The notes: generated by a model not told the origin, from the letters alone. Positions 44,112-54,032 are shown, counted from the stretch's first letter. The stretch is DNA of 64,000 nucleotides from Chloroflexota bacterium (GCA_031404235.1 JANNHF010000143.1:23999-87998), one strand, 5' to 3'. A program made the numbers and translations.

Positions 44112-45257
44112 GTGGTGAAGCCACTTTCCCCCACGCTCGCCGACGAGCTGGTGCAACTCTCCCGCGAGATCCATGCCGACCCGGAGCTCGCGTACCAGGA
44201 GCGTCGCGCGGCGGCACGGATCGCGGCGCTGTTGCAGCTTCACGGCCACGAGGTGCAGATGGGTATCGGTGGCCTCGAGACGGCGTTTCGCGCGCGCGTC
44301 GGTCCGCCCGGTCCCACCGTCGCGCTCATCGCGGAGTACGACGCGCTCGCGGGCGTCGGTCATGGCTGCGGTCACAACCTCATCGCCATGACGAACGTCG
44401 GCGCGTTCTTGCATGCGGCCGCGCACGACGATCTCGGGATGGCGGTCGAGCTGATCGGCACGCCGGCGGAAGAGGACGGCGGCGGGAAGATCGACCTGCT
44501 CGCGGCGGGAGCGTTCGACCTGGTCGCGTTCGCGCTCTCGACCCATCCCGCGGCGCAGGGGAGCTGGGGCGTGAGCGGGACCGGCCTGGGGATCGTCGGC
44601 AAGCGCGTCGTCTACCGCGGCGCCGCCTCGCACGCGGGCTCGTCGCCGGAGCGCGGACGGAATGCTCTGAACGGCGTCATTCGTCTCTTCATCGGCATCG
44701 ACGCTTGGAGGCAGCACCTTCCTGCCGACAGCCGCGTGCACGGGATCATCACCCACGGTGGCGACGCGGTGAACGTGATCCCTGCGCGCGCCGAGGCGAA
44801 GTTCGGACTGCGCGCGAAGGACCTCGCGACGCTCGAAGAGATGGTCGCCATGTTCACGGACGTCGCCCAAGGTGCGGCGCTCGAGACGGGGACGACCGTG
44901 GAGATCACCGATTACCTCCCGCTCTACGCGCCCGTCGCCGCGAACCTGAAGCTGGGCGACGTCGTCGCTGACGAGCTCCGCCACCGCGGTGTCGAGGCGG
45001 AGCGCGGCGTGCTCGTGATGGCGTCGACCGATCTCGGCAATGTCTCCCAGAAGGTCCCGACCGATTGGATCCGCTTCCCTGTCACAGAGCGGCCGATCGC
45101 GGGCCACTCCGATGCGATGCGCGATGCGAGCGCGAGCGACCTCGCGCATCGCAATGCCCTGCTCGTCGTTGAGGCCCTGGGGGCAGCGGCACACCGCATC
45201 GCTTCGGACGAGTCGCTCCGTCGGTCCCTCCTGGACGGCGCGAAGGTGACGGCATGA
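44112..45257 (+). CDS. M20D-family amidohydrolase (AbgB/hippurate hydrolase-like)
   Basis: AEYDALAGVGHGCGHNLIA, GTPAEEDGGGKI are M20D metal-binding motifs. Confidence 0.8.
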   Translation: MVKPLSPTLADELVQLSREIHADPELAYQERRAAARIAALLQLHGHEVQMGIGGLETAFRARVGPPGPTVALIAEYDALAGVGHGCGHNLIAMTNVGAFLHAAAHDDLGMAVELIGTPAEEDGGGKIDLLAAGAFDLVAFALSTHPAAQGSWGVSGTGLGIVGKRVVYRGAASHAGSSPERGRNALNGVIRLFIGIDAWRQHLPADSRVHGIITHGGDAVNVIPARAEAKFGLRAKDLATLEEMVAMFTDVAQGAALETGTTVEITDYLPLYAPVAANLKLGDVVADELRHRGVEAERGVLVMASTDLGNVSQKVPTDWIRFPVTERPIAGHSDAMRDASASDLAHRNALLVVEALGAAAHRIASDESLRRSLLDGAKVTA

Positions 45258-46375
45258 CCGCGGAGACGCTCCAGCCTGAGCTTGTCGCTCTGTCGCGCGC
45301 GATCCACGGAACGCCCGAGCTGGCGTATCAGGAGCGGACCGCGGTCAAGAACATCGCGGTGCTGCTCGAGAGGTACGGCCACAAAGTCGAACAGAAGCTC
45401 GGCGGCGTCGAGACCGCCTTCCGCGCACGGATCGGTCCGCCGGGTCCCGCGGTCGCGCTGCTCGCCGAGTACGACGCGCTGCCGCAGATCGGGCACGCCT
45501 GCGGCCATAACCTCATCGCGATGTCGAACGTGGGCGCCTTCCTTCTCGCGGCCGAGCGCACGAAGGAGCTTCGGGTCGGAGTCGAGCTCGTCGGCACGCC
45601 GGCGGAGGAAAGCGGCGGCGGCAAGATCGACCTCATCGATGCCGGTGTGTTCCAGGGCTCGGTCGCCGTCCTGTCGTCGCATCCGTCGGGTGATCCGGAC
45701 TGGGAGTTCGGCGGGAGCTCGCTCGGCGTTGTCGCGAAGCGCGTCATCTTCCATGGCGTCGCGTCGCACGCTGCCTTCTCGCCGCACCTCGGACGGAACG
45801 CGCTGTCGGCCGCGATCCGCCTCTTCGTCGCGATCGACGGATGGCGCCAGCACCTGCCCGCGGACACCCGCGTCCACGGGATCATCACCAAAGGCGGCGT
45901 GGCGCAGAACATCATCCCGGAGCTCGCCGAGTGCGATATCGGTCTGCGCGCCGCGACCGTGGAGCAGCTGAACGAGATGCAGCGCACCTTCGCGCAGATG
46001 GTCGAAGGCGCGGCGATGCAGACCGGTACGAAGGCGGAGATCGTCGATGACATGCGCCTGTACGCGCCGGTGAGACCGAATGCCCGCATCGGTGACCTCC
46101 TCGCCGAGGAGCTGAAGCGACGCGGCCTCAGGACGGTGCGGGGCAAGCTCGTGCTTGCGTCCACCGATTTCGGCAACGTCTCTCAGGTCGCGCCGGCGGA
46201 CTACATCGGCTTTCCCGTCAGCCAGACATCGATCCCCGGACACTCGCACGTGATGCGCGAGTCGTCCGCGACCGACCTTGCGCACCGCAACGCGATGATC
46301 ACGGCGGAGATCCTGGCAGCCGCGGCCGTGCGCATCGCCACAGACGCGAACGTGCGCGCGAACCTGCGTGCGTGA
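45254..46375 (+). CDS. M20D-family amidohydrolase, tandem paralog
   Basis: Co-linear with the previous gene (AEYDALPQIGHACGHNLIA, GTPAEESGGGKI); ATGA overlap. Confidence 0.8.
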   Translation: MTAETLQPELVALSRAIHGTPELAYQERTAVKNIAVLLERYGHKVEQKLGGVETAFRARIGPPGPAVALLAEYDALPQIGHACGHNLIAMSNVGAFLLAAERTKELRVGVELVGTPAEESGGGKIDLIDAGVFQGSVAVLSSHPSGDPDWEFGGSSLGVVAKRVIFHGVASHAAFSPHLGRNALSAAIRLFVAIDGWRQHLPADTRVHGIITKGGVAQNIIPELAECDIGLRAATVEQLNEMQRTFAQMVEGAAMQTGTKAEIVDDMRLYAPVRPNARIGDLLAEELKRRGLRTVRGKLVLASTDFGNVSQVAPADYIGFPVSQTSIPGHSHVMRESSATDLAHRNAMITAEILAAAAVRIATDANVRANLRA

Positions 46376-46868
46376 GTCGGCCGCGCGGGCCATCAGCGCC
46401 TTACGCCAACTGGCGCTCGCTCTTGCACTCGCAGGCGCGGTCGCGTGCCAGCAGGTCCAGCTCCCCTCGCCGCTTGCGTCCGAGGCGCCACCGCAGCTGC
46501 CTCTCCAGCTCGAGATGCCGGACCAGTACCGAGGTTACGTCGTGCTGCAGTACGCGCTCGCATCATGCCCCGTGCTGCCGCGGCGCGACGGCTACACCGT
46601 GATCCGCTTCGGTGACGACGGTCGCGCGTGCACCTCGGAAGCCAAGGTGGAGGCGACGCTGAGGGATCGCGCCTATTACGTCACAGCCACTGGGGGTCAC
46701 GCGGACGAGAACATCATCTTCGCCGTGGACTTCGAGCAGCGACAGGAAGCCACCCATCGGATCATCGGCACGGTGTTCGCGGTGGCTCCGGATCCCTTCG
46801 TCATCCAGGCCATCGACCAATGCCGCTGGGAGGACGCGAAGTGCTGGGAGGGCCTGCGTTCGCGGTAA
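46368..46868 (+). CDS. hypothetical lipoprotein
   Basis: GTG start overlapping the previous stop; signal peptide + lipobox LAGAVAC, then 140 aa with four Cys. Confidence 0.45.
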   Translation: MRESAARAISALRQLALALALAGAVACQQVQLPSPLASEAPPQLPLQLEMPDQYRGYVVLQYALASCPVLPRRDGYTVIRFGDDGRACTSEAKVEATLRDRAYYVTATGGHADENIIFAVDFEQRQEATHRIIGTVFAVAPDPFVIQAIDQCRWEDAKCWEGLRSR

Positions 46869-46931
46869 GCGGCCCCCTGCAGTCTGGAACGAGACACCCC
46901 TGATGCGCGTTCGAGCGGCGTGTACGTTGAT

Positions 46932-48626
46932 ATGGCAGTGATGCGTGCTCTGAGCATCCTCGCGGCCCTGGCGCTGCTGCTGACCGCGTGCACCTCCGAG
47001 CCCTCGCGTCCCAGCGACGCGCCCGCGCGCACCGTGCCACCCGCGCCCGCGGTGCTTCTCGCAAAGCTTCCCGTCGCGGCGAAGTTCGGCGAGCAGGGGA
47101 TCCGCGTGTCCCCGAACGGAGAGATGGTGCTGGTCGTCGAGCGCGAAGGCTTCGTGCACACGATCTATGACCTCGCCGGCCGCAGCCTGGCCTCCGTCAA
47201 GCTGGGCGAGATCGGCATGAATCCGTTCTGGCTACCTGACTCGTCGGGCGTGGTGATCGGAAAACGGATCCCGACGGGAACGGGAGGTCCCGTCGTCCGG
47301 CTCGAGGTGTCGATCCTCGAGGTCGACGGCAGCGTGCGTGAGATCGGCAAGGGCCTGGCCTACCCTCGCGCCGAAGGGCAGCTCGTGTCGCCCGATGGCC
47401 AGTCTCTCGCGTTCAGCACGCCGTGCTGTCCCTCGAGCCTCGCGATCCTCGGGCGGCGCGGGGGTGTGGCGCGCGAGATCGCGACGGCGCCGACGCAGCT
47501 GCACGTACTCAGCTGGGATGCACAGGGTCATGTGGTGTATTGGGCCGGTGGTCTTGCGATCGAGGCGGCGGGTGAGGACGGCACGCGCTACGGCGTCCCA
47601 CTCGGACTGCCGGCGGGCGTGCATGTGCTGGACATCCAAGTGGGGGTCCGTACCGGTGACGGCGTCGCGACCGTAGTCGGGATCCAAGCCGACGCCGCTT
47701 TCCCTGGCAGCGGAGACAAGAACTTCGCCGAGCGCACGCTCGTCGGTCGCGAGCTGCGCGCGTACCCGACCGGCTCGCCCTTGTACGGGCGCTTGTCTCC
47801 GCACGAGGCGCTGACGTACGCCGTCGGCGGAGCACTCGCGGCGTACGACGTGACGACGGGTGCCACGCGGCCGGTCGCAAAGATCGTCGACGACAACGGC
47901 ACCCAGCCGACCTCTCTGTCCGCGGGCATCCTCATGTCCAGCCTGGGCCGCAGCTGGGTCCGCGTCCTCGATATCGATCGCGACGACCACTGGCATGAAA
48001 CGGACGTCGGCCTCTTCCTGCAAGCGGCGGGATACGCGCTATCGCGCGGCCGCTTCCTGGTATTCGACGACGAGGGCGCACCGTATGTGCTGGACGGTGT
48101 CGCCGCGCGAGCCGCTCCCGCGCGCGCCGTCGCCGGAGCGAGCGCGCCCAACGCCGTTGCCGGCACCGTCCGCACCGCGCGGAACGCCGCCGTCGGCAGG
48201 AAGATGGAGCTCACGTGGCGCAACACCGATGGCGCGCCGCAGTCGCTCGACTACTTCGCCGGCAGCCTCGTCGTGGTGGCGACCTGGACGAGGGCGTGCG
48301 TGCTCTGCACCCAGCAGCTCGGACTGCTCTCCGATGTCGCGATCGGAAAGAGGCTCGAGATCGTCGCCATCGGAGTGGACGAGACCGAGGCATCGGCACT
48401 CGAGGTAGTGAAGGACTACCGGCGCGTTCGGCCGCTGGTCGGCAGCCGGGCGGTGCTCCAGGACATCTCGCCGGGTCTTCTCCCGCAGGCCTTCGTCCTG
48501 GACAGCGATCACGTGGTGCGGCAGGTCTTCTTCGGTCCGGTGTCGCACGATGCGCTGACACGAGCGCTCACGGCGGCGTCGAAGAGTCGGCTAGCGCTCC
48601 GCGATAGGGATGTAGCGCTTTCCTGA
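46932..48626 (+). CDS. lipoprotein: TolB-like beta-propeller domain fused to TlpA/ResA-like thioredoxin domain
   Basis: Lipobox LLLTAC; repeated VSPNGEMV / VSPDGQSLAF blades; C-terminal VVVATWTRACVLCTQQL (CxxC in thioredoxin-fold context). Start among in-frame ATGs 46920/46932/46941. Confidence 0.55.
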   Translation: MAVMRALSILAALALLLTACTSEPSRPSDAPARTVPPAPAVLLAKLPVAAKFGEQGIRVSPNGEMVLVVEREGFVHTIYDLAGRSLASVKLGEIGMNPFWLPDSSGVVIGKRIPTGTGGPVVRLEVSILEVDGSVREIGKGLAYPRAEGQLVSPDGQSLAFSTPCCPSSLAILGRRGGVAREIATAPTQLHVLSWDAQGHVVYWAGGLAIEAAGEDGTRYGVPLGLPAGVHVLDIQVGVRTGDGVATVVGIQADAAFPGSGDKNFAERTLVGRELRAYPTGSPLYGRLSPHEALTYAVGGALAAYDVTTGATRPVAKIVDDNGTQPTSLSAGILMSSLGRSWVRVLDIDRDDHWHETDVGLFLQAAGYALSRGRFLVFDDEGAPYVLDGVAARAAPARAVAGASAPNAVAGTVRTARNAAVGRKMELTWRNTDGAPQSLDYFAGSLVVVATWTRACVLCTQQLGLLSDVAIGKRLEIVAIGVDETEASALEVVKDYRRVRPLVGSRAVLQDISPGLLPQAFVLDSDHVVRQVFFGPVSHDALTRALTAASKSRLALRDRDVALS

Positions 48627-49754
48627 GGGGCCGGTGTACTCGGACTCGGGCCGGATGAGCCGATTGTCGCCGTGCTGCTCCATGATGTGCGCGCTCCATC
48701 CGGCGATACGCCCGAGCGCGAAGATCGATGTCCCGAGGTCGGCGGGGATGCCCAGGAACGTGTAGGTCGTGGCCGCGTAGTAGTCGACGTTGACCACGTT
48801 GACCTTCGCTGCCGCGCTCGGTGACATCTTCGGACGGCGATCGGCGATGGCCTTCGCCAAGCGCTCCTGGATCTCGAAGTACGGCTTGCCCTGCCACTCC
48901 TTCGCGAGGTCCATCGCGAAGCCCCGAAGGAACTTGCCGCGCGGATCCTCGGTGAGATACACGCGGTGCCCGAAGCCGGAGAACTTGTACTTCTGCTGGA
49001 TCGCCCGGTCCACGAACGTCTCGACGTGATCCGGCGAGCCGATCTCGTCGAGCATCTTCATCGTCCCGTCCGTGGCGCCCCCGTGCAGCGGACCCTTGAG
49101 CGCTCCGAACGCGGCCGTCACGGCAGCATGCATGTCGGCGTTCGTGCCGGCCACGACGCGCGCGGTGAAGGTCGACGCGTTGAGCCCATGCTCGGCCTGC
49201 AGGATGAAACAGGTATTGAGGATCTCTGCGGCGCGGGGATGGCCCTCCGCAACGCCGGCCATGTGCGCGAAGTTCGCCGCGTGACCCTGCGCCGGGTCCG
49301 GCGGGATCGGCGGCTCACCGCGACGACGGCGCATGTAGCTCGCCAGGATCGTCGGAAGCTTCGCGGTGAGCCGGATCGCCTTGCGGTATTCGGCTTCCTG
49401 CGAGTTGTCGCCCTCGGCGGGGTCTTCGACGGCCGACGCCGACGCGACGGTGCGCAGTACGTCCATCGCCGTACCGCTCTCCGACATTTCTTGAAGGATG
49501 TTGCGGAGCAACGGTGAGAGCGTGCGGTGCTCCACCAGCTCCGCTTTGAGATCGCGTAGCTGCTCCCTCGTCGGCAGGTCGCCGTTCAGGAGCAGGTATG
49601 CGACTTCCTCGAACTCGGCTCTCGTGGCGAGCTCGTCGATCGAATACCCGCGGTACACGAGGCTGTTGTCCTCGACCTTGCAGATCGCGGTGGTCGTCGC
49701 CACCACGCCTTCGAGTCCGCGTGTGGCGACCTTCGAGCGAGTCTCGTCGGTCAC
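48591..49754 (-). CDS. gltA: citrate synthase (type I / 2-methylcitrate synthase-like)
   Basis: 387 aa; catalytic His and Asp regions (GPLHGGA, FGHRVY). Confidence 0.9.
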   Translation of the reverse strand: MTDETRSKVATRGLEGVVATTTAICKVEDNSLVYRGYSIDELATRAEFEEVAYLLLNGDLPTREQLRDLKAELVEHRTLSPLLRNILQEMSESGTAMDVLRTVASASAVEDPAEGDNSQEAEYRKAIRLTAKLPTILASYMRRRRGEPPIPPDPAQGHAANFAHMAGVAEGHPRAAEILNTCFILQAEHGLNASTFTARVVAGTNADMHAAVTAAFGALKGPLHGGATDGTMKMLDEIGSPDHVETFVDRAIQQKYKFSGFGHRVYLTEDPRGKFLRGFAMDLAKEWQGKPYFEIQERLAKAIADRRPKMSPSAAAKVNVVNVDYYAATTYTFLGIPADLGTSIFALGRIAGWSAHIMEQHGDNRLIRPESEYTGPSGKRYIPIAER

Positions 49755-49853
49755 ATTTCGAGTGTCGCATAACGGTGTCGGTCGGCTTTTGCGGTGTTTT
49801 TCGCCATCGCGCCTACTTGCCTGCGTACAAATCCGGGAGTAGAGTCGCGGCCG

Positions 49854-49929
49854 CAGGGTCAGTCACGACTAAACCCTGTGGGGAGGACGAAACGGACGCG
49901 GCTAGGCCGCGTTAGGCACCTTGGGTGCC
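49854..49929. other. cluster of three perfect short GC hairpins in the 266-bp region upstream of citrate synthase (possible sRNA or leader structure)
   Basis: CAGGG-tcagtcacgactaaa-CCCTG; ACGCGGC-tag-GCCGCGT; GGCACC-ttg-GGTGCC, back to back. Confidence 0.3.
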
Positions 49930-50020
49930 CGCTAGAACTGAAAGCCCCTCATCCCACCCACCAGCGGAGGGCGGCGGCCATCGGGCCGGCGCCCTTTCGC
50001 TATCTTGGCCCGGAGGAACG

Positions 50021-51106
50021 GTGAAGGCAGGAGCTGCAGTTCGGCGTCGTAGCCGAGTCCCTCGCGATGCATATCGCGCCACGGCGCGCTCGGTCGGCAT
50101 CGCTCCACGGCTGCGGCGCCGCACCGTCATCCTCGACGCGGCGATCCTCGCCGTCGCTGGTGGATTCCTCATCTTCACCGGGCCGATCATCGGCGCGTCG
50201 GTCGGCGACGGCATCCGGCAGATCACCGCCAGCGTGAGCGAGTCATTCGCCGGCCAGCTCGGCAGCGGCCAGATCGAACTCCCGGCCGGCGGCGGCAATG
50301 TCGTCAGCGCGGAACCGGTCGTCAATGGCCTTCCCGACTTCACCCGCGACACGGAGCTCCAGCTCTCCGGGCGGGTGCCGTCATTCGCGCTCGCGCCGGG
50401 GCGCAGCGTCGAGATCGTGCTCAACGCAGCGGTCATCGCGAATGCCGAGCTGGATGACACCGGCACGTTCGCGGCGTCGCTCAAGCTCAAGGACGGCGCG
50501 AACGCGATCGGACTCACGCTTCTGTCCGGCAAGGACGTGGTCGCGCGTTCCGCCTACACGGTCATCCTCGACCGGCAACCGCCGACGCTCGACGTGCTCG
50601 GGCCCGTGGGCGGTGCGATCCTCGATGGCCCGAATGTTGTCGTGCAGGGCAAGACCGAAGTGGGCGCTTCGGTGACCGTGAACGGACGCACGATCGTGCC
50701 CGGACAGGACGGTTCGTTCAGCGAATCCTTCACGCCGCCGGTCGGACCGGTCGCGATCACCGTCGTCGCGCGTGATCGCGCGGGCAATGAGACCACGGCG
50801 AAGGCCAACGTCACGCTGCGAGCGCCGAAGACGGCCGCGACGGTGGTGACCGTGACGCTCGATCGCACGCGAGTGCGCCCTGGAGAGATCGTCAATGCGC
50901 AGATCCGCGTGACCGAGAACGGCATACCGAAGGTCGGGACGCTCGCGACGCTGTCGGTGGGCGTGATCACGATCGGCAGCGCTGCCACCGATGTCTTCGG
51001 CAACGCCCGCATCGCGTTCGCGGCGCCGCCGAACGAGGGCGACGCCGCGGTCGTCGTGTTCGCGGCGGGGTCGTCCGGGAGGACTGCGCTCACCGTCGCG
51101 CGCTGA
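50021..51106 (+). CDS. membrane-anchored surface protein with bacterial Ig-like domains
   Basis: GTG start with GGAGG 4 nt upstream; N-terminal signal-anchor, then repeated Thr/Val-rich beta-sandwich segments (ITVVARDRAGNETTAKANVTL). Confidence 0.5.
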   Translation: MKAGAAVRRRSRVPRDAYRATARSVGIAPRLRRRTVILDAAILAVAGGFLIFTGPIIGASVGDGIRQITASVSESFAGQLGSGQIELPAGGGNVVSAEPVVNGLPDFTRDTELQLSGRVPSFALAPGRSVEIVLNAAVIANAELDDTGTFAASLKLKDGANAIGLTLLSGKDVVARSAYTVILDRQPPTLDVLGPVGGAILDGPNVVVQGKTEVGASVTVNGRTIVPGQDGSFSESFTPPVGPVAITVVARDRAGNETTAKANVTLRAPKTAATVVTVTLDRTRVRPGEIVNAQIRVTENGIPKVGTLATLSVGVITIGSAATDVFGNARIAFAAPPNEGDAAVVVFAAGSSGRTALTVAR

Positions 51107-51128
51107 CCGACCCGGCGATACTGCCCCG

Positions 51129-52760
51129 GTGACTTCGGCGGACCTCGTCCTTTTCTCGCTCCTCGGCGGTACGGCGCTGCTCCTTTATGGAGTGCGCCTG
51201 GTGGGCGAAGGCCTGCAGCGCGCGGCTGGGACGCGCCTGCGGCACGTCCTCTCGACGCTCACCGGCAATCGCTTCAAGGCGCTTGCGGTCGGCGCGGGCG
51301 TGACGGCGGTGCTGCAATCCTCGAGCGCGACGACGGTGATGCTCGTCGGCTTCGCATCCGCAGGCCTGCTCTCGCTGCGCCAGACGATCGGGGTGATCCT
51401 CGGCGCCGACGTCGGCACGACGGTCACGGTGCAACTGCTCGCCTTTGACCTGCTCTCCGTCTCACCGCTCATCGTGTTCTTGGGCTGGCTCCTCTGGACT
51501 ACGGGTCGCGGAACGGTCCGCTACATCGGCCAGGCGGTGCTCGGCTTTGGCTTCCTGTTCCTCGGTATGAAGCTCGTTTCCGAGGGGACCGCGCCGCTCG
51601 CGACCAGCGAGCTCTTCCGGGATCTCCTCGCCGCGCTCACTGGCCAGCCGCTGATCCTGTTCCTCGTCGCCGCGGTGTTCACGGCTCTCGTGCGATCGAG
51701 CGCCGCGGTCATCGGACTCGCATTGTCGCTCGCCGCCAGTGGCCTGATGCCGCTGTCGGGGGCGATCCCGATCATCTTCGGCGCGAACATCGGCACCGCC
51801 GCAACAGCACTCGTCGCCGCCATCGGGCAGAACGCAGAGGCGCTGCGGGTCGCGGCGGCGCACGCGGTCTTTAAGGTCGCAGGCGTGGCGCTCTTCATAC
51901 CCTTCGCCGGCCTCTTCGCCGACCTCGTCGCGCGCACCGCGCCGGACGTGCCGCGGCAGATAGCGAATGCTCACACGCTCTTCAACCTGATCCTCGCCGC
52001 CGTCTTCCTGCCGTTCACGCACTTCGCTGCGGATCTGTTCACGCGGCTCGTGCCCGACCGCACGACGACCTCGACCGGCGCCATCTACCTCAACCCACTG
52101 ACGATCGACACGCCTGCGGTCGCGCTTGGGCAGGCGCTCCGGGAGACCCTGCGCATGGGTGACGTCGTCCTGCAGTCACTGCGCGACTCGATCACGGTGC
52201 TCGAGCGCGGAGACGAGCGGCTCATGAGCGAGGTCGTCGCGCGCGATGACGTCATCGACCGGCTCGAGGAGGACATCAAACAGTTCCTGATCCGTCTGGG
52301 GCAACAGTCGCTCACCGAAGACCAGGCGGAGCGTGAGACCGCCCTCATCTTCGTCATCGCCAACCTCGAGGAGATCGGCGACGTCGTCGAGAAGAACCTC
52401 ATGGAGCTCGCCGCGAAGAAGATCACGGGACACCACGTGTTCAGCCAGCAGGGCTGGTCCGAGATCCGCGAGCTGCACGCGAAGGTCGCCGAGAATCTCG
52501 AGCTGGCGATGTCCGCGCTGGCGTCGCAGGACCCGACCGTCGCCGAGAAGGTCATCCGCCACAAGAGCGTCGTGAACGTCCTCGAGCGTCGGCTCCGCCA
52601 GACGCACATCCAGCGTCTGCACGAGGGTCTGCCCGAATCGATCGACACGTCCAGCATCCACCTCGATCTCCTGGCAAATCTGAAGCGCGCGAACTCTCTC
52701 GTTGCCGGAGTGGCGTACGCGGTCCTCGGACGTCACGCCGTGAAGGGTGCCGAGGAGTGA
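51129..52760 (+). CDS. Na+/phosphate cotransporter family protein with C-terminal PhoU-like domain
   Basis: Two Na/Pi-cotransporter repeats (QSSSATTVMLVGFA; RSSAAVIGLALSLA) then a PhoU-like helical domain; GTG start at VTSADLVLFSLLGG. Confidence 0.75.
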   Translation: MTSADLVLFSLLGGTALLLYGVRLVGEGLQRAAGTRLRHVLSTLTGNRFKALAVGAGVTAVLQSSSATTVMLVGFASAGLLSLRQTIGVILGADVGTTVTVQLLAFDLLSVSPLIVFLGWLLWTTGRGTVRYIGQAVLGFGFLFLGMKLVSEGTAPLATSELFRDLLAALTGQPLILFLVAAVFTALVRSSAAVIGLALSLAASGLMPLSGAIPIIFGANIGTAATALVAAIGQNAEALRVAAAHAVFKVAGVALFIPFAGLFADLVARTAPDVPRQIANAHTLFNLILAAVFLPFTHFAADLFTRLVPDRTTTSTGAIYLNPLTIDTPAVALGQALRETLRMGDVVLQSLRDSITVLERGDERLMSEVVARDDVIDRLEEDIKQFLIRLGQQSLTEDQAERETALIFVIANLEEIGDVVEKNLMELAAKKITGHHVFSQQGWSEIRELHAKVAENLELAMSALASQDPTVAEKVIRHKSVVNVLERRLRQTHIQRLHEGLPESIDTSSIHLDLLANLKRANSLVAGVAYAVLGRHAVKGAEE

Positions 52761-52767
52761 CGCTCGC

Positions 52768-53487
52768 GTGAGCGGCCGCGCATTCGTGGGCACGTCCGGC
52801 TGGTCGTACACGTCGTGGCGGCCGAAGTTCTATCCCGAGGGCACGAAGAGCGCAGAGTTCCTGCGCTACTACGCGACGCGCTTGCGCACGATCGAGATCA
52901 ACTACACCTTCAATCACCTTCCGACGGAGAAGAACGTCGCGGAGTGGACCGCAGCGACGCCCGATGACTTCATCTTCGGGCTGAAGGCCTCGCAGCAGAT
53001 CACGCATCGCAAGCAGCTGCGCGAGCCCGGGGAGACGCTGCCGATCTTCTTCGACCGCGCGCGCCTGCTAGGGGCGCGACTCGGACCGATCCTGTTCCAG
53101 ACGCCGCCCTGGGTGAAGCGCGACGACGACCGGCTCGCGATGTTCCTCGCGGCGCTGCCGCGCGACGTGCGCTGCGTGCTCGAGGTGCGTGACCCGTCGT
53201 GGTACGCGCCGGAGGTGTACGACCTGCTGCGTACGGCGAACGTCGCGCTCGTACACGCGGAGGGGGAGAAAGCTCCGTCGCCGGTCGAGACGCTCGGCGA
53301 GACCGCGGACTTCAGCTACGCGCGTCTGCGGACCGCCGCTGGCTACACCGACGAGGCGGTGGACGCATGGGCCGAGCGGTCACGCGAGATCCTCGCATGG
53401 GGCAAGGACGTGTATGCGTACTTCCGCCACGACGAGGACGGATCGAACGCCCTTTCCGCGGAGCGTCTGCGACGCGCGATCTCATAG
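52768..53487 (+). CDS. DUF72-family protein
   Basis: FVGTSGWSYTSWRPKFYPEG is the DUF72 N-terminal signature; start moved to the in-frame GTG after the upstream stop. Confidence 0.7.
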   Translation: MSGRAFVGTSGWSYTSWRPKFYPEGTKSAEFLRYYATRLRTIEINYTFNHLPTEKNVAEWTAATPDDFIFGLKASQQITHRKQLREPGETLPIFFDRARLLGARLGPILFQTPPWVKRDDDRLAMFLAALPRDVRCVLEVRDPSWYAPEVYDLLRTANVALVHAEGEKAPSPVETLGETADFSYARLRTAAGYTDEAVDAWAERSREILAWGKDVYAYFRHDEDGSNALSAERLRRAIS

Positions 53488-54032
53488 CCACGGTCGCGAT
53501 CGGCGGCGGGCTCGTCTTCATCCTGTTCGCACAGATCGCCCAGCGCCGCGCGGTCGCGAGACGCGGCGTGACCGTTCGGAGCGCCGGCGGCCCCGCCTCG
53601 CTCGTCCCGTACTTCTTCTGGGTGCCGTACGCGGTGATAGCCCTTCGGCCGGGCCCCGAGCTTGCCGTCCCCGATGCGCTCGGGTGGCTCGGCGTCGCCT
53701 TGAGCGTGGTCGGCGTGGCGTTCTCCCTGTGGTCGATCGTGACGCTGGGGCGTCACTACGACCTCGTGCTGGAGGTGCATGCCGACCACGAGCTGGTGCG
53801 GAACGGGCCCTACGCGCTGGTGCGCCATCCCGTGTACACCGGCCTCGCGCTGCACTTCGCGGGTGTGTGCCTTGGCACCGGTAACGTCCTGCTTACCTTG
53901 GGGACGCTGTTCGTCTCGTATCCCGCCTTCTTTCTGCGCGCTCACGCCGAAGAGGCCCTGCTGCGCGAGAGATTCGGGGCCGAGTACGACAAGTACGCCC
54001 AAGAGGTCCCAATGCTTGTGCCGCTGCCTTAG
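53397..54032 (+). CDS. isoprenylcysteine carboxyl methyltransferase / phospholipid methyltransferase family membrane protein
   Basis: C-terminal VRNGPYALVRHPVYTGLALHFAGVCL...EEALLRERFGAEYDKYAQEVP is the ICMT/PEMT motif region. The only in-frame ATG is 90 nt inside the DUF72 gene; start uncertain. Confidence 0.55.
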   Translation: MGQGRVCVLPPRRGRIERPFRGASATRDLIATVAIGGGLVFILFAQIAQRRAVARRGVTVRSAGGPASLVPYFFWVPYAVIALRPGPELAVPDALGWLGVALSVVGVAFSLWSIVTLGRHYDLVLEVHADHELVRNGPYALVRHPVYTGLALHFAGVCLGTGNVLLTLGTLFVSYPAFFLRAHAEEALLRERFGAEYDKYAQEVPMLVPLP

